The notes beneath the pieces were generated by a model. That model was given only the letters and a program-made list of their open reading frames with translations, had not been told where the DNA came from and searched no databases. DNA of 64,000 bases from Bacteroidaceae bacterium. Lineage in GTDB: Bacteria; Bacteroidota; Bacteroidia; Bacteroidales; Bacteroidaceae. The translations under genes and the position numbers were made by a program. Of this stretch, positions 26,940 through 34,291 are shown in pieces; positions within the stretch are counted from its first letter, which is position 1; every line of letters starts with the position of its first letter. The stretch spans positions 1,947 through 65,946 of the forward strand of contig JAFXTC010000018.1 in the NCBI GenBank assembly GCA_017525235.1. The letters run 5' to 3'.

Positions 26940-27805
26940 CCTTTACCCACCATTATACTATTCACGAGGCAGCCAGTTACATAAACTGGCTTTATTTCTT
27001 TCATGCCTGGGGTTTCCCCGCCCGTTACAGCAGTATCGCCAAGGTTCACGGCTGTGTTGCTTGTCGGCAGAACTGGCTGCAAGCTTTTCCTGCCGAGGAG
27101 AGAGAGCGGGCAGAACAAGCCATGAAGCTTTTTGATGAAACCGGGCAACTTTTGCGTCAGTGGGATGAGGCCGGCTATTGCACCACCTTTAGCGTACGAC
27201 TTCTTGAAGCCAACTCCGATGGTGAAGATATCATCCTTTTGGAATCTGGTCAGCGTATCCCTTTCCTTCGTCAACAGTATGCTGATGAGGGGAAGCCTTG
27301 CCTTAGTCTTGCCGATTTTATTCGTCCGTTATCTTCTGGTGTTCCTGATAAGATAGGAGTGTTTGCCAGTACTGTTCCTAATACTGTCCCCATTAAGGGA
27401 CTTGAGGAGAGTCTTGTTGCCGATCGTCTGGCTGAGGCAACAGCTGAGTTGGGTCATTTGCAGACAAGACGTGAATGGTGGGGCTATGCTCCTGATGAAC
27501 AACTTACCATAGAAGAGCTGTTTGCCGAGAAATATCAAGGCAAGCGTCCTGCTGTTGGTTATCCTTCTTTGCCCGACCAGAGCATTTGTTTCCTGCTTTC
27601 CGATTTGTTGGATTTCCCCTCTTTGGGCATTTCCTTAACAGAGAATGGAGCCATGATTCCACATGCCAGCACCTGTGGCTTCATGTTCTCGCATCCTGCC
27701 ACCTGCCATTTCTCTGTTGGCAAAGTAGGGGAGGACCAGCTTAAGGATTATGCCCATCGCAGAGGAGTTCCTGCCGATTCACTCCGCAAGTTCCTCAGAA
27801 CATAA
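26936..27805 (+). CDS. Methionine synthase activation (AdoMet-binding) domain protein
   Basis: Stand-alone ~290-aa protein resembling the MetH C-terminal reactivation domain (...RPAVGYPSLPDQS...). Overlaps plsC by 4 nt. Confidence 0.7.
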   Translation: MTFTHHYTIHEAASYINWLYFFHAWGFPARYSSIAKVHGCVACRQNWLQAFPAEERERAEQAMKLFDETGQLLRQWDEAGYCTTFSVRLLEANSDGEDIILLESGQRIPFLRQQYADEGKPCLSLADFIRPLSSGVPDKIGVFASTVPNTVPIKGLEESLVADRLAEATAELGHLQTRREWWGYAPDEQLTIEELFAEKYQGKRPAVGYPSLPDQSICFLLSDLLDFPSLGISLTENGAMIPHASTCGFMFSHPATCHFSVGKVGEDQLKDYAHRRGVPADSLRKFLRT

Positions 27806-27817
27806 AGAGATAACACA

Positions 27818-27976
27818 TCAAGATTGTTTGCGGCATAAATCATGTGGGTAGAGTGAATCAATATAATGGCTCCACGTCAATTGTCCAGACACTGTTTGGA
27901 TTTTTGGGAATCGCACATATAACAGTCTCATATTGAACAAATTAGACAGAGAGTGGCCTTTCCCTCTTACAGCCAT
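27818..27976 (-). pseudogene. Internal fragment of a YhcG/DUF1016-type (PDDEXK nuclease) gene
   Basis: Hand translation MAVRGKGHSLSNLFNMRLLYVRFPKIQTVSGQLTWSHYIDSL... aligns by eye with the YhcG segment ...KGFSRTNLFYMRKFYLAYP...VQQAVGQLPWGH... Only ~50 codons remain, with stops on both sides. Confidence 0.5.
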
Positions 27977-28058
27977 CTCAAATCATTAACCATCAATCGT
28001 GAACCATGAACCATAATTGACCTCATACATTCAACATCTTTCAACCATATTTCATTTG

Positions 28059-28066
28059 CAAAGATA
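28059..28066 (-). promoter_or_regulatory. Orphan -7 box TATCTTTG upstream of the YhcG-like remnant
   Basis: TAnnTTTG match on the minus strand with no intact gene downstream. Confidence 0.3.
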
Positions 28067-28112
28067 CAAATCTAAAGACTTTCCTCTTAGAAGTAGAATC
28101 AAAGAACTTAAT

Positions 28113-29516
28113 TTAACTATTTAAGTTGAACAACAAATGAATCTTATCAGCATAGTTATCTAAAGAAGGACACCCGTCAAACCGATTATCCCAAAATTGA
28201 ATAATTCTAGAAAGTTCAGATCTGTCCAATTGTTTTGGATCAAAGTTTAAGTTGATTTCTTTTGCCGAGTCATTATATGTATACAATTTGTTACTATCTG
28301 TGCCATATTCATTCTGATTATATCCAACTATCAACATTCCTATAATGAGATAGAAAGGATGGCTTGTATCAGAATATTTTATTAATTCATGCGGGAATAT
28401 CTCTATAATAATATCAATGAGATTCTGGATGGAAAATTTTCTCTTGCATATCTGTTCAAACAATTCCGAATGACAAACATGTAAATATATTAAAACAAAA
28501 AGGTAATCACAACGCACATTACTATATGTAGGAAACATTCGTAGGGCGAGGCGTGTATTAGAAAACAATCTATCAATACTTCGTAAGGGAAGATTAGAAT
28601 ATTGAGAAATTGTTGTAGTCATATCTGTAAATGTTTTAGCCTCACTATTGCTTTGATTTCTTCTGGGTCGTTCTATGCTATCAAAAAACTCACTAAATGA
28701 ATAATATTCAAAGAGATAACTACAAAACGATTGAATATTTGTTTGTGGTAGCGTAAATTCCAAGTCGACAAACCTTCTAAGATATTCTTGTGCGTTAATA
28801 CTTTCACTTCCATAATAGCCACAAATCGAATGACAAAGATGTTTTTTATCTACAGACAATACAAAAACAACATTACGAACAGAAAATAAATGCTTAATAC
28901 GTTCAAGAACTTTCACAGCATATTTTGGATTGCATCTATCTAATTCGTCAACAATAAATACCAAAGGCTTATTGGGAGTCATCCCCAAAACGTATTCTTC
29001 CAAAGCGTTTTGAAAGGCTTCTATTGATTTCTTTTGCTCAATATATTTATCCAGACTTTGCTCCAAAGTGTTTGAAAGTACTTCTAGTCCTTCTTTTGAT
29101 ATTTTTTCAAGGTCAACCCCAAATGAATATTTTGCGATTAACGATAATATTGTTGGAACCATAGCAAGAGACATCTTGCTAAATGTCCTCGTCATCTTCT
29201 TAGTTGCCTCTTGCAATTTGTCTGTTGATAATTTCTTGAATTCTGCAATTAGTGCAATTAAAGGGTCTTCGATATAGTCAGTTTCCCAAGCATTAAAATA
29301 AATAGTTTTATAAGTATGATCATCAAGTTGTTGTTTCCACATTTTGATGAAAGTGGTCTTTCCTGTTCCCCATTCTCCGTTTAATGAAATCACACAGCCT
29401 CCATTATATGTAGAAATGATTTGTTCTAATACGTCGCCATATTGTTTCCTTCCAAGTTTGTCATTCCGATAGGGATCCATAGGTGGAATAACGATATCAC
29501 TATGTCGTGCTAACAT
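28113..29516 (-). CDS. KAP family P-loop NTPase
   Basis: DKLGRKQYGDVLEQII...ISLNGEWGTGKTTF (Walker A); FNAWETDY; Walker B/KAP motif VFIVDELDRCNP; hydrophobic insert SLAMVPTILSLIAKYSFGV between Walker A and B. Confidence 0.85.
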   Translation of the reverse strand: MLARHSDIVIPPMDPYRNDKLGRKQYGDVLEQIISTYNGGCVISLNGEWGTGKTTFIKMWKQQLDDHTYKTIYFNAWETDYIEDPLIALIAEFKKLSTDKLQEATKKMTRTFSKMSLAMVPTILSLIAKYSFGVDLEKISKEGLEVLSNTLEQSLDKYIEQKKSIEAFQNALEEYVLGMTPNKPLVFIVDELDRCNPKYAVKVLERIKHLFSVRNVVFVLSVDKKHLCHSICGYYGSESINAQEYLRRFVDLEFTLPQTNIQSFCSYLFEYYSFSEFFDSIERPRRNQSNSEAKTFTDMTTTISQYSNLPLRSIDRLFSNTRLALRMFPTYSNVRCDYLFVLIYLHVCHSELFEQICKRKFSIQNLIDIIIEIFPHELIKYSDTSHPFYLIIGMLIVGYNQNEYGTDSNKLYTYNDSAKEINLNFDPKQLDRSELSRIIQFWDNRFDGCPSLDNYADKIHLLFNLNS

Positions 29517-29592
29517 GTTAATGTTTTATTATTCGTGATTTAGACTACACCGTAACATTTTATAGTTATCAACAGTCTCCATGAATTAACTC

Positions 29593-29997
29593 TTAAATCA
29601 CACTTTTGTCAATTTCGAAAAACACAAAAAAGGCAACAATTAGGATATAACCTATTATCAAAGTCCAGAGTTTACCTTTATAAAGAATCCAGCCCCATTT
29701 GTTTTTTTCTTCTGGTTCCTTCACATCCTCATTTTCTTCCTTGCCGAATTTATCTTTCATCATAGTATAATAATCATACCATGTAATTGAAAGGTGATAA
29801 TTTTGAATTAAATCTGCAAATAACGTGATAATGAATAAAGATAATGCACCTATCAAAAGCAAGGGAAGATTCTCTGGTTCTGCTTTAGTCATAAACAACC
29901 AGGCAATCGCAATGCCAGATATAGCTAAGTTTCTTACGGTGCTGCTAAATGTGCCAGAGGTTTCTTCGTATCCCTTCCTAATATCTTCTAACTTCAT
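29593..29997 (-). CDS. 134-aa three-TM membrane protein, unknown function
   Basis: Three hydrophobic helices (ISGIAIAWLF; LLLIGALSLFIITLFADLI; LWTLIIGYILIVAFFVFF) with an acidic/lysine-rich loop. Same strand as the KAP NTPase gene and 76 nt upstream of it. Confidence 0.65.
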   Translation of the reverse strand: MKLEDIRKGYEETSGTFSSTVRNLAISGIAIAWLFMTKAEPENLPLLLIGALSLFIITLFADLIQNYHLSITWYDYYTMMKDKFGKEENEDVKEPEEKNKWGWILYKGKLWTLIIGYILIVAFFVFFEIDKSVI

Positions 29998-30110
29998 TAT
30001 CTTTGATTTGCTGGAGTTCTTGGGCCTGTTCCTCTACTACTGCCTGTGCTAGGCTTTGGTGATGTTGTTGTTCTTGGAGTCCCTTGCGGACGTTGTACTG
30101 TATTATTCAT
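29997..30110 (-). CDS. Candidate 37-aa micro-ORF MNNTVQRPQGTPRTTTSPKPSTGSSRGTGPRTPANQR
   Basis: Hand translation. Its TAA stop overlaps the ATG of the 3-TM gene (TAATG). It is the first ORF after the TATCTTTG box at 30169-30176 and is too short for the ORF track. Confidence 0.3.
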   Translation of the reverse strand: MNNTVQRPQGTPRTTTSPKPSTGSSRGTGPRTPANQR

Positions 30111-30168
30111 GTGATTAGAATTATATGTTTAACTTCTTATTTATTTCGTTTGGCGTATTCTTGGTTAG

Positions 30169-30176
30169 CAAAGATA
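30169..30176 (-). promoter_or_regulatory. -7 box TATCTTTG for the micro-ORF/3-TM/KAP operon
   Basis: TAnnTTTG match about 59 nt upstream of the micro-ORF ATG at 30110. Confidence 0.4.
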
Positions 30177-30188
30177 CGTTTTGATGTT

Positions 30189-30305
30189 TTATCCCTGTGT
30201 TATCCGCTCAACTCTTGCACTAGCACCAGTATCAAAATCTTCGTATCTGGTCTTGAGTCCATGAGCCAAGTCAAATCCGTTTCCTATGAGAACAAGCCGA
30301 TTCAT
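30189..30305 (-). pseudogene. AbiH-like abortive-infection gene remnant (first ~25 codons conserved, 38-codon ORF)
   Basis: Hand translation MNRLVLIGNGFDLAHGLKTRYEDFDTGASARVERITQG*. IGNGFDLAHGL.T.Y.DF is the N-terminal signature of AbiH-family proteins. The ATG overlaps the hsdM stop (TAATG). Confidence 0.5.
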
Positions 30306-31891
30306 TATACCAATGGGGGCAAACCAAGTTCTTTCAAAAATTCATTATGCTTATCACGAGCTTTGATGATTTCTGCTTCTATCTCTACCAACTTATCATG
30401 TACTTCTTGAAGGTCAATAGGCTTTTCTTCTTGTGCCAGACTAACATAGCGGGTAATGTTCAGATTGTAGTCATTATCCCTAATCTCTTGCAGTGTGACT
30501 TGACGGGAATAACGTAATATTTCCTTGCGGAACTGGTATGTATCTACAATATCGTCTACATCTTTATCTCGAAGATAATTCTGGCGTTTGCCCTTTTCGT
30601 AATGCTCATCGGAACTGGCATTGATGAAAAGTATTTTGTCATTCTTACGACACTTCTTTAATACAATGATGCATACAGGAATACCTGTTGAATAGAACAG
30701 ATTGCCTGGCAAACCAATAACAGCATCGATATTGTCATCTTCGAGCAGTTTCTTTCTGATAGCCAACTCCTTGCCTCCACGGAACAACACACCATGAGGC
30801 AGAATGATAGCCATTGTCCCGTCTTCACTTAGAAAGTGGAAACCATGCAAAAGGAAAGCAAAGTCAGCGGCAGAACGTGGTGCTACTCCATAGCGATTAA
30901 AACGGAAGTCATTGATGGTGTCTTCCGTTGGATCCCAACGCAGAGAGAAAGGCGGATTGGCTACGACTGCATCGAAATCTATCTTGTTAGCAGGATTTTC
31001 CTCCTGCAAGATATCCCAATCATTAGCAAGTGAATCACCATGATGAATTTCAAAAGCAGAGTCTTTTACCCCATGCAGCAACATATTCATTCGGCAAAGG
31101 TTATAGGTCGTGATATTCTTCTCCTGACCATAAATCTTGCCTATTCCGCTTTCGCCCATCTGGTTGCGAACATTCAGCAACAACGATCCTGAACCACAAG
31201 CAAAGTCAAGCACACGGTTAATCCTGTTCTTCTTGCCAGATGCAGAGTCTTGACAATCCAAAGTAACAATACGAGAAAGAATTGTTGAGATCATCTGTGG
31301 GGTATAGAACTCACCTGCCTTTTGACCTGAACCTGCTGCAAACTGACCAATCAGATATTCATAAGCATCACCTAACGAATCGTTATCGGCAGAGAATTCT
31401 TTCAGTCCATTCGCAATCGTCGTAATGACCTTTGTCAACAAGTCATTTCGCTCTGTATAGTTCTTTCCTAACTTCTCAGAACTCAAATTGATTTCAGAGA
31501 ACAAACCTTTAAACGAACTGTCAAAGGAATCATTCTCTATATATTTAAAACCATCTTCTAATGTTTGAAGCAGTTCTTTGCTTTGAATTCTGGCCAATTC
31601 GACAATATTATTCCATAGATATTTTGGTTCAATTACATAATGAACTTTACGTTTCATCTGCTTCTCAAACAGCTCCGTATCGTTGGGGTTCTCAATGTAC
31701 CAAGTCTGTAGTGTAGTGTAATCAGCCCCCAGTTCCTTTTTTGCGGCATCGACGTAGTTATCCGACAAGTATTTCCAGAACAAGAACGACAGCATATAAT
31801 CACGGAAATCATCTGCCATCATAGCCCCACGTAGATTGTCGGCTATTCCCCAGAGGACCTTACCTAATTCATGTTGCTTGTTTGTAATCAT
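30305..31891 (-). CDS. hsdM: Type I restriction-modification system methyltransferase subunit
   Basis: HsdM N-terminal domain (LWGIADNLRG); AdoMet motif LDFACGSGSLL; catalytic VVANPPFS. Confidence 0.9.
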   Translation of the reverse strand: MITNKQHELGKVLWGIADNLRGAMMADDFRDYMLSFLFWKYLSDNYVDAAKKELGADYTTLQTWYIENPNDTELFEKQMKRKVHYVIEPKYLWNNIVELARIQSKELLQTLEDGFKYIENDSFDSSFKGLFSEINLSSEKLGKNYTERNDLLTKVITTIANGLKEFSADNDSLGDAYEYLIGQFAAGSGQKAGEFYTPQMISTILSRIVTLDCQDSASGKKNRINRVLDFACGSGSLLLNVRNQMGESGIGKIYGQEKNITTYNLCRMNMLLHGVKDSAFEIHHGDSLANDWDILQEENPANKIDFDAVVANPPFSLRWDPTEDTINDFRFNRYGVAPRSAADFAFLLHGFHFLSEDGTMAIILPHGVLFRGGKELAIRKKLLEDDNIDAVIGLPGNLFYSTGIPVCIIVLKKCRKNDKILFINASSDEHYEKGKRQNYLRDKDVDDIVDTYQFRKEILRYSRQVTLQEIRDNDYNLNITRYVSLAQEEKPIDLQEVHDKLVEIEAEIIKARDKHNEFLKELGLPPLV

Positions 31892-33018
31892 ATATAAAAC
31901 TGAAATTTCGTTTCGATTCTTTCAAAAATGTCCATAAACAACTTTTGCTGTTCAGGTGACATCAAGTGTGTTTGATAATAATAAACATCTTTATGAGATT
32001 GCTCATTAACAACCTCTGCAGTATTTGAATCGTCAATCCCAAGTCTGCTTAATGCAAATCCAAAGTTGCCACTTCTACCAAGGAAAGATGCTATATTTTC
32101 TAATAATTGTCGAAGCAATACGAAATTGAAACAATCTAAGTACCCATTTTGTGTTTTGTCAATGTTTTCCTTAATCATTTTATAAAGATGTAAATGATAT
32201 AAGAACACATCATTTCCATAAGAAGATAGCAGTAATTTTCCATTAGGATCTTTTCCCAATATAAATGTTTTTGTTATATTTTTAAATCTTTCACTTCCAC
32301 TGGCTTTTCTAAGTCTATCAATAAGAATAGAGTACAATTCTACATGATGAGTTGTAATAATAATCTTTTTCCTTTTATAATTATTTATAATAACATCCAT
32401 AATTGCAGATGCCGTAATATGGATATTATGCTCGTCTAAACTCGAAACTGGATCATCTATAAAGATATGAGCATCTTGCTCTTCAATCCATGCTTCAACT
32501 TCGAAAAGAGCCAAGAAAAAACACCAGATAAAAATACGTTCCTCTCCTCTTGAGATTTTGATTGGATGAGCCTGTTCGACGTCGTCTAAGGTGTAAAAGG
32601 AAAAAGAATCAATGCCCTTCTCTATATCATCAAAGCCATTTGTTTGATAAACATTTATTTTAAAAGTAAAATTTGGATTATATCTATTCAATTTTTCTTG
32701 AATCCTTGTAAATACGATTCTACCATCTTCTAACTTTTCTGTACCTTCTATCAAATAAGAATGGTATTGATTCAAACTACTTTCCAGTACAGACAATTTC
32801 ATATTTTGATTGCTATGTTCTTCATCATTATCCCAAAAGAACAAGTCTTCACTATAAGCATTAAAATATACACCAGCATGATTTCCTCCATTATGCTGCT
32901 TGGTCGTATCTTTGTATGAAACGGATAATCTTGTTTTGCCTACAGCGTTAAAGGCATAAATTAAAACAATTTTTGATGTTTCAACTCGTATCTGTTCTGC
33001 AATTTCTTTTAAATCCAT
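31888..33018 (-). CDS. PrrC-like ABC-type ATPase / putative anticodon nuclease embedded in the hsd operon
   Basis: Variant P-loop IYAFNAVGKT; signature-like ISRGEERIF; Walker B HIFIDDPVSSLD; H-loop IITTHH. The C-terminal region has RQLLE (R-x3-E) and NEQSH 39 residues later, like the PrrC Arg/Glu/His triad. Sits between hsdS and hsdM with 4-nt gaps/overlaps. Confidence 0.55.
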   Translation of the reverse strand: MDLKEIAEQIRVETSKIVLIYAFNAVGKTRLSVSYKDTTKQHNGGNHAGVYFNAYSEDLFFWDNDEEHSNQNMKLSVLESSLNQYHSYLIEGTEKLEDGRIVFTRIQEKLNRYNPNFTFKINVYQTNGFDDIEKGIDSFSFYTLDDVEQAHPIKISRGEERIFIWCFFLALFEVEAWIEEQDAHIFIDDPVSSLDEHNIHITASAIMDVIINNYKRKKIIITTHHVELYSILIDRLRKASGSERFKNITKTFILGKDPNGKLLLSSYGNDVFLYHLHLYKMIKENIDKTQNGYLDCFNFVLLRQLLENIASFLGRSGNFGFALSRLGIDDSNTAEVVNEQSHKDVYYYQTHLMSPEQQKLFMDIFERIETKFQFYI

Positions 33019-33022
33019 ATTG

Positions 33023-34291
33023 TTAACTATTTATTGGGAATAATTGCTGAATTAATCCTTTTTTATAATCTTCTATATATATAAGTTTGTTTTTATATGC
33101 ATCAATTAAATCATCTATAGTTGATAAGCAAGATGCAATTTTCATTTGCTCTTTCATATTTTGAGGATGCTGCCATAATAAAGATTCAATATCATTGGAA
33201 GATATATTAGGTTGGGCTCCTGCAGCTAACATCTTTTTAATTTGATTGGCAAAATGATCCGTTCTTATCCATTGACAAATGAAAGGATAATAAATTGAAT
33301 TATCAACCAGTTTAAATATACCTACACGTTGATTGACATATACAGGTTTCTTTCCACGGTAAATGGCAGTCTTTCCTGTTGTTGCTCCAGACATTGCAAT
33401 TAATAAGTCTCCGTCATTTGCAGTATAATTATGCATATTTGGAAGTTCTTCATAAAAAACACAATTCTGAAGATTTACAACTAATGAATCTGATGGAATA
33501 TTTGATATTCTAATAACTGGAATTTCTGTAGTTTTGAATTTGTTACTCTTGAAAGCATATCCACCTTGCAGCTTAAATGATTCTCCCACTCTATTTGTTG
33601 TCCAATCTTCATTCGTTTTAAACTCTGGTAAACGATACTCAGGAACTGTTTGCCCCTTTTGAGGGAACAACTTTTGTAAAAGGCTTGTTTTATGTGCCTT
33701 TAATTGCTCCACTTTTTCGCTAATAGAAGAAATGTATGAATCAATAGAGGACAAACACTCTGCTATCTTTTGCTGTTCTTCAATAGATTTTGGTATAATC
33801 AGAGGACAACTTAAAACTTCATCTTTTTTAAGATTTGTTTGCTTTACCCCATCATCAAAGGATAAGAAATAGGGATTCCTATTTAATATGTAATACAATA
33901 ATTTACTGTTTGCTCCTTTAGATCGAAGCTTGCAAATCCGTTGGTTTACAGTGTATTTGTTTGAAGCATCTACATAAAAACATTTTGCAATTGCTTTTCC
34001 ATTTGGCAAATCACTCAACACCATTAAAATATCATCTTCTTTAGCCAAACAATGAGCATTGTTTGTTCGCTTCTCAATTTGACCTTCTGTTGATATAAAT
34101 TTTGAGTTTACAACTATATACTTTCCTAATGAGTCAATATCGTTTTCATGAGCCACCCCATTTTCATAATCCATTTCTGCTCGTAATGTGGTACAAGCCC
34201 ATTCTGTATCCCTCACAAATTTAGGGAAACGGAGTAATGGGATAAGTTTCTTCTCTGTATTCATAATATTAACCCTCCCATTAATCTTCAT
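33023..34291 (-). CDS. hsdS: Type I R-M specificity subunit
   Basis: Two target-recognition halves separated by conserved helices (...QQKIAECLSSIDSYI... and ...QMKIASCLSTIDDLI...). An alternative start at 34264 (MNTEKKLIP) is possible. Confidence 0.85.
   Translation of the reverse strand: MKINGRVNIMNTEKKLIPLLRFPKFVRDTEWACTTLRAEMDYENGVAHENDIDSLGKYIVVNSKFISTEGQIEKRTNNAHCLAKEDDILMVLSDLPNGKAIAKCFYVDASNKYTVNQRICKLRSKGANSKLLYYILNRNPYFLSFDDGVKQTNLKKDEVLSCPLIIPKSIEEQQKIAECLSSIDSYISSISEKVEQLKAHKTSLLQKLFPQKGQTVPEYRLPEFKTNEDWTTNRVGESFKLQGGYAFKSNKFKTTEIPVIRISNIPSDSLVVNLQNCVFYEELPNMHNYTANDGDLLIAMSGATTGKTAIYRGKKPVYVNQRVGIFKLVDNSIYYPFICQWIRTDHFANQIKKMLAAGAQPNISSNDIESLLWQHPQNMKEQMKIASCLSTIDDLIDAYKNKLIYIEDYKKGLIQQLFPINS

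Noticed and set aside
20872-27805. tRNA-Ser as an integration site for an island or prophage
   Set aside because: Genes on both sides are housekeeping (AGCS symporter; yhhQ-queC-queF, dnaX...). There is no integrase and no repeat of the tRNA 3' end. The defence island begins about 7 kb further on and is not tRNA-linked.
30084-30410. 108-aa plus-strand ORF
   Set aside because: It lies antisense to the KAP-operon promoter, the AbiH stub and the hsdM 3' end, and has no family resemblance.
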